A stretch of 64,000 nucleotides of DNA, taken from the IMG/VR virus record IMGVR_UViG_3300037587_000516, positions 23,127-87,126 of that record; one strand, written 5' to 3'. Shown here piece after piece: positions 19,015 to 27,934 of this stretch (its first letter is position 1; every line of letters starts with the position of its first letter). The translations under genes were made by a program, and so were the position numbers. This DNA comes from a virus. The notes below the pieces were generated by a model. It was not told where the DNA came from. It was given only the letters and a program-made list of their open reading frames with translations, and ran no database searches.

Positions 19015-19280
19015 GAGTATTTAAAGGGTGGTTTGGTGACGAACCAGATAATTTCACCGGAATTGTTGAGTCTGAGAATGGGGACAGGGCTTGGTGTTTG
19101 AATGGTGAATGTCATAGAGTTGACGGACCTGCTATTGAGTGGGGTGATAGTGGAAGTTGGTCGTGGTATTTGAATGGTGTGATGATAACAGAGGAAGAGC
19201 ACACTAAAAAGACAGCGGGGTATAGAACTACCTTGGGAAAATTGATTTTTAATGAGCATTTTAAATTGGAGGAGAAATGA
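19011..19280 (+). CDS. HRVDGPA-repeat family protein, copy 7/15 (MRVFKGW-type, 1 unit)
   Basis: Conserved unit and tail. Confidence 0.9.
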   Translation: MRVFKGWFGDEPDNFTGIVESENGDRAWCLNGECHRVDGPAIEWGDSGSWSWYLNGVMITEEEHTKKTAGYRTTLGKLIFNEHFKLEEK

Positions 19281-19630
19281 AGGTATTTAAAGGGTGGTTT
19301 GGAGATCAACCAGATAACTTTACTGGGATTGTTGAAACTCCGCGTGGTAATAAGTATTGGTATTTAAATGGTGAGAGACATAGAGTGGGTGGACCTGCTA
19401 GTGAATATCCTGGTGGCAGTAAGCGGTGGTATTTGAATGGACTAAGACATAGAGTTGACGGACCTGCTAGTGAATGGGCTGATGGCACTGAGATTTGGTA
19501 TTTGAATGATGTAGAAATGACAGAAGATGAGCACACTAAAAGGACCGCTTGCTATAGAACTACCTTGGGTAGATTAATACTAAAAAAAGAAGGGCATTTT
19601 AAACTACAAACTGAGGAGGAATCAGTATGA
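19277..19630 (+). CDS. HRVDGPA-repeat family protein, copy 8/15 (MKVFKGW-type, 2 units)
   Basis: Variant tail RTTLGRLILKKEGHFKL. Confidence 0.9.
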   Translation: MKVFKGWFGDQPDNFTGIVETPRGNKYWYLNGERHRVGGPASEYPGGSKRWYLNGLRHRVDGPASEWADGTEIWYLNDVEMTEDEHTKRTACYRTTLGRLILKKEGHFKLQTEEESV

Positions 19631-19812
19631 CAGAAGCGGAAATGGAAGAGGTATTGTATGATGAAGAGACTAGTAGTGTGGAGGAGTTTGAGATATATGA
19701 CTTGCGGGATAGGATAGCTGAGCTGGAGAATAAGATAGAATATGCCAAGTCTAATCTGCTGGAGCACATGGAAGAAGAAGCTATTGCGGAAATATTTGGC
19801 GAAAAAGATTGA
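19627..19812 (+). CDS. acidic hypothetical protein
   Basis: GAGGAGG SD, ATGA overlap. Confidence 0.65.
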   Translation: MTEAEMEEVLYDEETSSVEEFEIYDLRDRIAELENKIEYAKSNLLEHMEEEAIAEIFGEKD

Positions 19813-19837
19813 CAATAGTATGATAGTATGATAACAT
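19809..19837 (+). promoter_or_regulatory. sigma70-type promoter
   Basis: TTGACA-17-TAACAT with TG extension. Confidence 0.65.
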
Positions 19838-19843
19838 AGTATT

Positions 19844-20002
19844 AAGAATGGGCGTCACATACGTCACTACATTCTAGTTACGGAAAATCTTATACTAGCC
19901 TAATAGGGCTAGAATATTCTTTATGAGTTCAAACTAGAGCAACCTGATGGAATAGGGAAGCTCTGGAAACACGGGATTGGTTACCCTAAGTAACCATTTT
20001 TT
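19844..20002 (+). ncRNA. candidate small RNA or structured attenuating leader
   Basis: About 160 nt without a sizeable ORF between a promoter and a terminator-like hairpin; contains two further stem-loops. Confidence 0.45.
19978..20002 (+). terminator. intrinsic terminator-like hairpin upstream of ppa
   Basis: TGGTTAC-CCTAA-GTAACCA followed by T6. Confidence 0.65.
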
Positions 20003-20019
20003 AACCAAAGGAAAAACAA

Positions 20020-20448
20020 ATGTTAGTAACAATGAAAGTTGAAATTGTAGCTGGATCAAAAGAGAAGTGGGAAGTTGACAAAGGTACTGGTGAACTTAAA
20101 TTAGATAGGGTAATCGAAATCCCTTACCCTTACAACTATGGGTATATAAAAGGAACCTTGGCTGAAGATAACGACCAATTGGATGTGTTTTTAATAGGGA
20201 CATCCGATAAATTAATCCCGGGGTCTACTATTGAAGTTGAGGTTAGGAATATTATTGAGATGATTGATAATGACGAAGTTGATCATAAGATAATTGCAGC
20301 TTTGCCGAACACATTGATTAAGTTCCATGAAACTGATAAAGTTAAAAAGTTTCTTATGGATTATAAAACTGGGGTTGTTGTTGGTAGATGTTTGGGTCCA
20401 GCTGCGGCAGAAGAGTATGTTAAGTTTTGCAGAGAAAGGAATAAATAG
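20020..20448 (+). CDS. ppa: Family I inorganic pyrophosphatase
   Basis: EI..GS..KWE.DK..G.LKLDR, YPYNYGYI.GTLAEDNDQLDV, M.D.DE.DHKII. Confidence 0.88.
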   Translation: MLVTMKVEIVAGSKEKWEVDKGTGELKLDRVIEIPYPYNYGYIKGTLAEDNDQLDVFLIGTSDKLIPGSTIEVEVRNIIEMIDNDEVDHKIIAALPNTLIKFHETDKVKKFLMDYKTGVVVGRCLGPAAAEEYVKFCRERNK

Positions 20449-21701
20449 TGTCTTATAATGATGATAGTATTAAGTATTTGAAAGTATTGCGGGAAGAGAC
20501 TGGTCTCGATTGGGTCGAAATAACGGAGGCTTGGAATGAAAAGTTTGCGGACCAGTATGGAAGTAAAACACTTAATGCTTTGCGGAAAACTTACCGTAGA
20601 TACCAAGATGATGATATAACTGATGATGTGCTTATTAAGAATATGCAGACTGCGTTTACTGCTAAGAAAACTGCTAGTAAGCTGCGCAAAGAAAATAAGG
20701 CGTTAACTGAAGACTCAATTTCTTCAGAAGCGTTTTTGTCTGAGCTGTTAGATATCAACAAAAAAGCCCCAATCAAATACCACAAAAAGGTAAAACTAAT
20801 TAAATCGAAAAAGGTCGCAAGAACTATTGTGGCTCATGTTAGTGATACTCATATTGGATGTAACATACATAAGGATGAGCAGGGTGGAGCAAATGAATAC
20901 AATCCAACAATTGCGGCTAGAAGATTTGCTCTTTATTTTAAGACATTGGCTGAGTACAAGGTAGATCACAGAGACGAAACTGATTTAGTATTGGTGTTGA
21001 ATGGTGATATTTTTGCTGGGATAATTCACAACCAGGAATCAGTTGATCCCATGTCTACTCAATTTTCTAGCGCACTTAGGATATTTACCCAAGGCATTTC
21101 TTATTTAGCCCAGCACTTTAAAAACATCACTGTAGTATGTACTTCGGGTAACCATGATAGGTTTATAACGAAGACTGATAAAGGTAGACAGATGGATCAA
21201 AAATGGGATTCATTTACAACAATGCTGTATTCGTCACTACAACAAGGGTTTAGGGATTATAAGAGTATTGAGTTTATTATACCCGAAAGTCCATACGCTA
21301 GATTGTTAGTACAAGGCCATTGGTTGTTTATCACTCACGGCGACACGGTAATCAACTTAGGAAATCCTAGTAAGTCGATAAACGTAGAAGCTATTACAAA
21401 CCAAGTAAACAACTTTATAACAGGTAGCGGAGTTGATATTGATGTCCTTATGGTAGGGCATGTACACAAGGAACTATTCTTTACCTTAAACAACGGAGTT
21501 AGCCTAGCAATTAACGGAACGTTGTCAGGAAACGATAGTTTTTCACAAAGCATAGGTTACCTAGTAAACAGATCATGCCAGCAGTTTTTTGAAATGACCC
21601 CAGAGTTTAAGATGGGAGATATGAGATTTGTTGATTTAACAGCAGCTGACGACGATAAATCGTTAGAAAAGATTATTGAGCCGCTTAAGGGCAAGTTTTA
21701 A
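20448..21701 (+). CDS. Calcineurin-like metallophosphoesterase with N-terminal helical/HTH-like region
   Basis: SDTHIG, LNGDI, SGNHDR, THGD, GHVH motifs. Confidence 0.85.
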   Translation: MSYNDDSIKYLKVLREETGLDWVEITEAWNEKFADQYGSKTLNALRKTYRRYQDDDITDDVLIKNMQTAFTAKKTASKLRKENKALTEDSISSEAFLSELLDINKKAPIKYHKKVKLIKSKKVARTIVAHVSDTHIGCNIHKDEQGGANEYNPTIAARRFALYFKTLAEYKVDHRDETDLVLVLNGDIFAGIIHNQESVDPMSTQFSSALRIFTQGISYLAQHFKNITVVCTSGNHDRFITKTDKGRQMDQKWDSFTTMLYSSLQQGFRDYKSIEFIIPESPYARLLVQGHWLFITHGDTVINLGNPSKSINVEAITNQVNNFITGSGVDIDVLMVGHVHKELFFTLNNGVSLAINGTLSGNDSFSQSIGYLVNRSCQQFFEMTPEFKMGDMRFVDLTAADDDKSLEKIIEPLKGKF

Positions 21702-22319
21702 ATGTTGGTTGACGGAGGTACTAAAACATGTAGCGAATGTAGAATGACGAAATGCATTTCTCTGTTTCACAGAAATAGGTCTAAAAAGGATGGGCGTAGC
21801 AGACTCTGTGCGGAATGTAAAACACAAATAGCAAGAAAATGGGCAGCTGCCAATAAAGAAAAGAAGGCTAAACACAACAAGAAGTACGCGGCTAAAAACA
21901 AAGAAAAGATCGCCGCATACAAAGTAAAATACTACGAAGAAAACAAAGACAAAATAAACGCATACAGAAAGAACAGAAAGGAAACCAACACACAATTCCG
22001 ACTAGAGTGCGCGCTGCGCATTAGAATCAACAAAGTAATAAACAGAGGATACAAAGTTGGATCAGCAGTGGACGACCTAGGATGCACTTCAACAGAGTTG
22101 AAGGCATACCTTGAGTCCAAGTTTGAAGCCGGGATGAGTTGGGAGAACTGGTCCCAGTATGGATGGCACATTGATCACATCAAGCCGCTGTCCAGCTTTA
22201 ACCTAGAGGACCGCGAAGAGTTTTTAGAAGCATGTAACTATACTAACCTACAACCACTATGGGCGGAAGATAATTTGAAAAAAGGAAGTAAGTTGGAGGC
22301 AAACAATGGGAATTCGTGA
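21702..22319 (+). CDS. HNH-type free-standing endonuclease
   Basis: N-terminal CxxC...CxxC, Lys-rich linker, MSWENW..WHIDHIKPLSSF...NYTNLQPLWAEDNLKKG. Confidence 0.85.
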   Translation: MLVDGGTKTCSECRMTKCISLFHRNRSKKDGRSRLCAECKTQIARKWAAANKEKKAKHNKKYAAKNKEKIAAYKVKYYEENKDKINAYRKNRKETNTQFRLECALRIRINKVINRGYKVGSAVDDLGCTSTELKAYLESKFEAGMSWENWSQYGWHIDHIKPLSSFNLEDREEFLEACNYTNLQPLWAEDNLKKGSKLEANNGNS

Positions 22320-22845
22320 TGACGAAATCAACAGACTAAAGAAATACGCCGAGGGACTCGGCATTAAAATCACCCTTGTCCCATTCTACAGAGGTTCCGG
22401 CGGCGGCGAATGGGACATGAGCAGCAGAGAGATAACCATATATACTAGAGACGACTGGTCCAAAACGGACTACATACTAACTATACTACACGAATTAGGA
22501 CACCACCTAGACTGGGTATACAACGACAAAAAGGACAGCGCCATATCATACAAAGCATACGCGATGCTAAACCAAGGACACATGTATGGTCCTAGGTTGG
22601 ATATGTCACAGAAGTATAGGGATGTGTTGTTGGCCGAGGAAGAAGCCGGGGTTTACTACATGGACATACTGCACAAAGAGCTTGATTTAAAAATACCGCT
22701 ATGGAAAGTTAAAATGCAACAAGAGCTGGACTTGTATGATTATGTGTGTCTTAGTAAAGAGGGCCGATTTTCTACTACAAAAGAATACCGAGCCCACAGG
22801 AAAACGATAAAAGCGCACTATAAAAAAACGTATGGAGATGTATGA
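22306..22845 (+). CDS. HExxH zinc metallopeptidase-like protein (ImmA/IrrE-like)
   Basis: TILHELGHH plus downstream EEEA glutamate. Confidence 0.7.
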   Translation: MGIRDDEINRLKKYAEGLGIKITLVPFYRGSGGGEWDMSSREITIYTRDDWSKTDYILTILHELGHHLDWVYNDKKDSAISYKAYAMLNQGHMYGPRLDMSQKYRDVLLAEEEAGVYYMDILHKELDLKIPLWKVKMQQELDLYDYVCLSKEGRFSTTKEYRAHRKTIKAHYKKTYGDV

Positions 22846-23063
22846 AAAAATCTGATATGATTAAAGAGCTAGCAGGTTGGTTTGAAGTCGAATTTAACGA
22901 AAACCCACAGGATTCTATAGTATCAGCTAAGCGAATGTTAGAGTTTGTAGAGCATCTTGGAATGGTATCAGAAGAGTGGCTCGAAGAAAGCATTAAGAAA
23001 AATCTTGAGAACTTTGGTGTAGAAATTCATAACGAAATATATGGGGAGCCGGAGGAAAAATGA
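22842..23063 (+). CDS. hypothetical protein
   Basis: GGAG SD, ATGA overlaps. Confidence 0.65.
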   Translation: MKKSDMIKELAGWFEVEFNENPQDSIVSAKRMLEFVEHLGMVSEEWLEESIKKNLENFGVEIHNEIYGEPEEK

Positions 23064-23344
23064 AAACAATAAAGCTAGAGTCAGTTTGGAGTGGGCCAGA
23101 TAATTACACCGGAATTGTTGAAAATCCATATGGTGATAAGGTTTGGTTTTTGAATGGTCTAAGACATAGAGTTGATGGACCTGCTTGTGTGTGGGATGAT
23201 GGAGATGAGTGGTGGTATTTGACTGATGAGTATATGACAGAGGAAGAGCACAGTAAAAGAACTGCTTACTTAAGAACCACACTAGGCAGACTTATACTAA
23301 AAGAACACTTTACATTAGGAGATGAAAATGCAAGTAAAGATTAA
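23060..23344 (+). CDS. HRVDGPA-repeat family protein, copy 9/15 (MKTIK-type, 1 unit)
   Basis: Variant tail RTTLGRLILKEHFTL. Confidence 0.9.
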   Translation: MKTIKLESVWSGPDNYTGIVENPYGDKVWFLNGLRHRVDGPACVWDDGDEWWYLTDEYMTEEEHSKRTAYLRTTLGRLILKEHFTLGDENASKD

Positions 23345-23750
23345 GCGTCTGCACCCAGACGCGAAAATACCCCAAAAAGCCCACCAAGGGGATGCTGGAT
23401 TTGATCTAGTAGCTGTCACAAAAGAACTAACCCCACAAGGTTATATTGAAATGAAAACCGGCCTTGGCTTCGAGATCCCTCCGGGCCACATGGGGTTGCT
23501 GTTTCCAAGGTCTAGTATATCAAATACTAAAATGACCTTGACCAATTCTGTCGGTGTACTTGATGAGAATTTTAGAGGAGATGTTAGCTTTAGATTTAAG
23601 CCCGCAACTTCTGGAAAAGGTGGGTATGAAATAGGAGACAAAATAGGCCAACTAGTAATCATGCCTTATCCTAGTATTGAGTTAGTTGAAGTTGATGAGC
23701 TAGATGAAACTGATCGTGGAACTGGTTCCTATGGGTCGTCTGGAAAATGA
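23328..23750 (+). CDS. dut: trimeric dUTPase
   Basis: AGFDL, PRSS, NSVGVLDENFRG, GDKIGQL, RGTGSYGSSG. Confidence 0.95.
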   Translation: MQVKIKRLHPDAKIPQKAHQGDAGFDLVAVTKELTPQGYIEMKTGLGFEIPPGHMGLLFPRSSISNTKMTLTNSVGVLDENFRGDVSFRFKPATSGKGGYEIGDKIGQLVIMPYPSIELVEVDELDETDRGTGSYGSSGK

Positions 23751-24016
23751 AAACAATTAAAGTAAAGTATTGGCTTGATAGACCTTGTAATTTCACGGGG
23801 ATTGTTGAATGTTATAATGGAGATAATATTTGGCTTTTGAATGGTAAAAGGCACAGAGTAGACGGACCTGCTAGTGAATGTGCCGGTGGTGATAAGTATT
23901 GGTTTTTGAATGGTGTTCGTATGACAGAAGAAGAGCATTATAAAAGGACAGCGTGGACTAGGACTACATTAGGTAAATTGATATTCAATGAGCATTTCAC
24001 ATTAGACGGAGAGTAG
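23747..24016 (+). CDS. HRVDGPA-repeat family protein, copy 10/15 (MKTIK-type, 1 unit)
   Basis: TAWTRTTLGKLIFNEHFTL tail. Confidence 0.9.
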   Translation: MKTIKVKYWLDRPCNFTGIVECYNGDNIWLLNGKRHRVDGPASECAGGDKYWFLNGVRMTEEEHYKRTAWTRTTLGKLIFNEHFTLDGE

Positions 24017-24220
24017 ATGGACTGTGTAAACATAAAGCCAATATTAGCAGCAATAAAATACCTGTGCGACAAAAGTCCACATTTATATTACAGCTCCCAA
24101 AGAGACGGGATCGTTAATTTGTATCAGTGGTATGATCCTTATTGCCAAGGATTAAAACAGTGGAATAAATCTTTAACTATAAACATGTACACAAATCAAA
24201 TGGACGGGAGATTAGATTGA
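24017..24220 (+). CDS. hypothetical protein
   Basis: GGAG SD, abuts upstream stop. Confidence 0.55.
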   Translation: MDCVNIKPILAAIKYLCDKSPHLYYSSQRDGIVNLYQWYDPYCQGLKQWNKSLTINMYTNQMDGRLD

Positions 24221-24468
24221 AGGGAAAATCCAAAGTTCCAGAAAAAGCAACCACAGACAAGCTACGTTACTATAAAGGCGTTGTCAAAGAACTTACAAAA
24301 GAATTGCGGAATCTAAAGGATAGGGTCGGTGATTTGGAAACACAGATGTCTAAGATATACACAAACCCGAAAAAGTATACTAAAACTAAAGCTAGTATAG
24401 ATGAAAGAGAGCGGGAATTGCTTTTGAAAAAATATAACCCGGATTATAAAAAGGATGGAGAGAAATGA
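24217..24468 (+). CDS. basic coiled-coil hypothetical protein
   Basis: Packed ORF with overlaps on both sides. Confidence 0.6.
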   Translation: MKGKSKVPEKATTDKLRYYKGVVKELTKELRNLKDRVGDLETQMSKIYTNPKKYTKTKASIDERERELLLKKYNPDYKKDGEK

Positions 24469-24731
24469 AGGTGTTTAAAGGGTGGACTTGGAATATGCCA
24501 AATAATTTCACTGGCATTGTTGAAAACAATAGTGGTAATAAGCATTGGTATTTGAATGGTGAGAAGCATAGAGTTGACGGACCTGCTATTGAATATGTTG
24601 GCGGAGTTAAGGCCTGGTTTTTGAATGGTGAGCGTGTGACAGAGGAAGAGCATTATAAAAAGACAGCTTATCTTAGGACTACTCTTGGTAAGTTGATATT
24701 TAATGAGCATTTTAAACTGGAGGAAGCGTGA
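24465..24731 (+). CDS. HRVDGPA-repeat family protein, copy 11/15 (MKVFKGW-type, 1 unit)
   Basis: Conserved unit and tail. Confidence 0.9.
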   Translation: MKVFKGWTWNMPNNFTGIVENNSGNKHWYLNGEKHRVDGPAIEYVGGVKAWFLNGERVTEEEHYKKTAYLRTTLGKLIFNEHFKLEEA

Positions 24732-25171
24732 AAGACGAAGAGCTTAATCCAAAATTAAAGTCGTTTGTGGTGAATTTGCTTCGTGCCGGAACGTTTAAAT
24801 GGAAGGCAAGAAATACGGCAAAGAAGAGATACAAAGCCCAGAATGGTTTCTTTAAGAACGGCAACCCTAAGTATGGATATTACTGTGCTAAGTGCAAGGA
24901 CGTATTTAAGTCCGGAGAAGTTCAAATGGACCACCTCCACGCTGTTGTTAGCCCACTTCATGGATTTGTTGGGCTAAATACCTACGCTAATCGTATGTAT
25001 TGTGACGAATGGGGGTATATATGCTTGTGTCCAGGGTGCCACAGTACCAAGACAAAAATTGAATTAGAGTTTCGCACAGCATTTCGGGCACTTAGAGCAG
25101 CTGGAGCATCAGATCCAGAGCTAGAAGCAGAATATTACAGATTTTTAAAAGAATATGAAGAAAAGACTTGA
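24728..25171 (+). CDS. HNH-family nuclease
   Basis: YYCAKC, VQMDH, LCPGCH..KT. Confidence 0.8.
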   Translation: MKDEELNPKLKSFVVNLLRAGTFKWKARNTAKKRYKAQNGFFKNGNPKYGYYCAKCKDVFKSGEVQMDHLHAVVSPLHGFVGLNTYANRMYCDEWGYICLCPGCHSTKTKIELEFRTAFRALRAAGASDPELEAEYYRFLKEYEEKT

Positions 25172-25196
25172 CAATAACAACAAACTATAGTATGAT
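25168..25196 (+). promoter_or_regulatory. sigma70-type promoter
   Basis: TTGACA-17-TATGAT. Confidence 0.75.
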
Positions 25197-25223
25197 TAAA
25201 TAATCAATGAAAGGAAAAAAGAT

Positions 25224-25586
25224 ATGTCAGGAGTAGGAAATTCGGGAGAAAGGAATGAAGCAATTGCTAGTGGAGTAATTGCCGCAGATGTTGCAACCGC
25301 AAGTGATGCAATTCAACTTCAACCCCAAGCCCACAATAAGTTTTTAGTAATGCAGGTTTCATCAAGAACCGACGGAACATTTATCCCTAAAGTTCAACAT
25401 TCTGTTGATGGATCAGTATGGGAAGATTTAGTGGCTGGAACAGGACTAAGTGCAAACGGAATGGAAAGTATTCCGTTTCCGATTACTGGTAATTTGCCAT
25501 ATGTTCGTGCGGTAGTTACGTCATCAGTAACAACAACTGGAGCAACAATCGCGGCTTTCTTTGTTCACGCTAACCCAATTAGATAA
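25224..25586 (+). CDS. hypothetical beta-rich protein
   Basis: AAGGA SD; KVQHSVDGSVWEDL and YVRAVVT motifs suggest a beta-sandwich. Confidence 0.7.
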   Translation: MSGVGNSGERNEAIASGVIAADVATASDAIQLQPQAHNKFLVMQVSSRTDGTFIPKVQHSVDGSVWEDLVAGTGLSANGMESIPFPITGNLPYVRAVVTSSVTTTGATIAAFFVHANPIR

Positions 25587-25598
25587 TCAGGAGAATTA

Positions 25599-26420
25599 AT
25601 GAAAATACTATTATTTTTACTAGCGTTTATTCCGGGAATGGCGTTAGCCACCGGACCAGAACTAATTACACTAACTGCTGAAAATACAATATCGCTTAGG
25701 GACTCAGTAAATTGGTCTAGTATATCACAACTACAATACCAACTATTACAAAAAGCGGCTAGGCTAGACGATGACGAGCCAATTTATTTAGTATTAGACA
25801 CACCAGGCGGATCTGTTTCTGCCGGTGAAATGTTTATTGAAACACTAAAAGGAGTAAAACAACCAGTCCACACTATAGTTATATTTGCAGCATCAATGGG
25901 ATTTCAGATTACCCAATCAACTGACTTCCGTCACATTCTATCAAGCGGCACATTAATGTCACATAGAGCAACCGTTGGTATTAACGGACAAATAGATGGT
26001 GAATTAGAATCTAGGTTGTCCTATTATAAAAAAGCAGTTGGTGAAATGGAAGTTAGATCGGCTAAGCGTGTTGGGATGAGCATTGTTGATTACAAAGCCA
26101 AGATTTTAAATGAATGGTGGGAAGTAGGAAAAAATGCTGTTACAAACAAGATGGCAGACAGCGTAGTTGCTGTTAAGTGCAGTGATGATTTGGTTAAGCG
26201 GGTGGTTTCTAGGAGAATTAAGTCTCTCTTTGGCAGTCGTCTTGTTATGTTTTCTGCTTGCCCATTAATCACAACTCCAATTGCTAAAGCAAAACGAAGT
26301 CACAATAACAAACTCAATAATACCAACAATGCCCAAATGGACCTATACATGGATCGGCTGTTTTTTAATAAGCGCAGCTTTTTGAATAATTACATTAATA
26401 CCGGAATGTTTAATCAGTAA
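25599..26420 (+). CDS. ClpP/crotonase-fold serine protease with predicted signal peptide
   Basis: MKILLFLLAFIPGMALA signal; IYLVLDTPGGSV, FAASMG (Ser), LMSH (His). Confidence 0.8.
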   Translation: MKILLFLLAFIPGMALATGPELITLTAENTISLRDSVNWSSISQLQYQLLQKAARLDDDEPIYLVLDTPGGSVSAGEMFIETLKGVKQPVHTIVIFAASMGFQITQSTDFRHILSSGTLMSHRATVGINGQIDGELESRLSYYKKAVGEMEVRSAKRVGMSIVDYKAKILNEWWEVGKNAVTNKMADSVVAVKCSDDLVKRVVSRRIKSLFGSRLVMFSACPLITTPIAKAKRSHNNKLNNTNNAQMDLYMDRLFFNKRSFLNNYINTGMFNQ

Positions 26421-26680
26421 TGGAAGTGTTTAAAGGGTGGCTTGTAGATAGACCAGATAAATTCACTGGGATTGTCGAAAGACCAGATGGTGATAAGTTT
26501 TGGTGTTTGAATGGTGGGTGGCATAGAGTGGATGGACCTGCTATTGAATGGTTCGATGGTGCTACGTATTGGTTTTTGAATGGTGTGTATATGACAGAAG
26601 AAGAGCATTATAAAAGAACAGCTTATCTTAGAACTACATTAGGTAAGCTAATATTTAAGGAACAATCGAAATTAATATGA
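26420..26680 (+). CDS. HRVDGPA-repeat family protein, copy 12/15 (MEVFKGW-type, 1 unit)
   Basis: Shortened tail RTTLGKLIFKEQSKLI. Confidence 0.9.
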   Translation: MEVFKGWLVDRPDKFTGIVERPDGDKFWCLNGGWHRVDGPAIEWFDGATYWFLNGVYMTEEEHYKRTAYLRTTLGKLIFKEQSKLI

Positions 26681-27087
26681 GCATCAAAGACTTAACAACA
26701 GAAGAATTATTAGAATCAGTAGGCAAAGCAAAGCCTACTGTTTTTAATTTTTCAAACGAGAATAAGAGTATTCGGGATTTTATCCAGGATCTTGGGATTG
26801 CTGACGGCAAGACTAGAGTTCCGGGACATCGTTTATATTACGAATACAGAAAGCTCTGGAGACCTACCGGAGTTAAGATCACTAAGATAGACTTCCTAAG
26901 AAGGTTCAATAGATATTTTAAAGTACAAAGAACAAAATCAACTAGATACTATATGCTTAAACGAGGTATATTCAGTTTAGATAAGGACATCATAGACAAT
27001 GCCAAAAAGTTCGACGAAAGATACGAAAATAAAATCAGAAAAAAAAGAGAGCAGAAGATCAAAGGAAAAGTTCCCAGCACTGAATAA
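26677..27087 (+). CDS. basic hypothetical protein (possible DNA-binding)
   Basis: ATGA overlap; Lys/Arg-rich. Confidence 0.65.
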   Translation: MSIKDLTTEELLESVGKAKPTVFNFSNENKSIRDFIQDLGIADGKTRVPGHRLYYEYRKLWRPTGVKITKIDFLRRFNRYFKVQRTKSTRYYMLKRGIFSLDKDIIDNAKKFDERYENKIRKKREQKIKGKVPSTE

Positions 27088-27610
27088 GCGATATAATTTA
27101 CGAATGCGTTTAGACTACATAGAGCCCGATTATGTAAATGGAGTACAGGATGAAAAGGGCAATTTAGTTATCCCGCCTTTAGATGAGGAAGCTAAGAGGT
27201 TCTTAAATCGCTATTACGAAGAAGTAATCAATGCCAATTTTCTACATGATAAAGAACTAAAAGCAATCCATAATAAAATGAAGCCGCTTAAAAAGAAGAT
27301 GCAGCTAACTTTGGATGAAGAATCCGAACTTGATTATTTACAATTTCAGTATTTTGAAAGGGCGGATGAGGTATTACTATACGCAGATGAGGAAGATCAG
27401 CGAAAGGTGTATGGAGAAAACAATGCTCGGAATCGTTGTATTTACAACCGCAGTAAGGCAGCAGGAATGCTTGATGGCATAAACGTTTCAACATTCAATG
27501 AAGAAAGCGAGACTAATACTGTGTGTCCAGAAAGTGGAGAGAAGCTTGCAATAGACAAACAAGAACACCAGCGTAAGTATATACTAAGAAAGAAGTCCAA
27601 GAAACTTTAG
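26999..27610 (+). CDS. hypothetical protein, last + strand gene before virion module
   Basis: 203 aa; YGENNARNRC motif; converges on the - strand block. Confidence 0.7.
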   Translation: MPKSSTKDTKIKSEKKESRRSKEKFPALNKRYNLRMRLDYIEPDYVNGVQDEKGNLVIPPLDEEAKRFLNRYYEEVINANFLHDKELKAIHNKMKPLKKKMQLTLDEESELDYLQFQYFERADEVLLYADEEDQRKVYGENNARNRCIYNRSKAAGMLDGINVSTFNEESETNTVCPESGEKLAIDKQEHQRKYILRKKSKKL

Positions 27611-27922
27611 TATTGATACAATCTTGTCACTAAAAAAATACCCGCCGCCTCCAAGAGTACTGAGTGCTGTGGTCCATTTTGCTCCACCTATAACATAGGC
27701 CTTTAATCTGGCTTTGAATTCCTCTTCTTTTTCCAGGGCTTCTATTCGTGTTCTATTCTGAACAACACCTTCAATGTGATTAGCTAAGTCTTCAGTGTTC
27801 TTCTTAACATCAGATCCCAAATCGTGTAGCATCGTAGAGTGTTCATACAAGACCTCTGTGGTCTTTTTCTGATCCTCACGAACTTCTTTGAGCAAATCAA
27901 TTACTAGTTTATTATCTGACAT
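27584..27922 (-). CDS. coiled-coil protein with C-terminal hydrophobic segment (possible holin/lysis protein)
   Basis: GGAG SD; last gene of late block. Confidence 0.6.
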   Translation of the reverse strand: MSDNKLVIDLLKEVREDQKKTTEVLYEHSTMLHDLGSDVKKNTEDLANHIEGVVQNRTRIEALEKEEEFKARLKAYVIGGAKWTTALSTLGGGGYFFSDKIVSILKFLGLLS

Positions 27923-27934
27923 TATGTTCTCCGT

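Noticed and set aside
18676-19630. CRISPR-like array suggested by recurring CATAGAGTTGACGGACCTGCT
   Set aside because: The repeats are in-frame coding units of the HRVDGPA proteins with third-position variation and no regular repeat-spacer period.
19943-19970. Hammerhead ribozyme (CTGATGG...GAAAC)
   Set aside because: Core reads CUGAUGG rather than CUGANGA and I could not build the three required stems.
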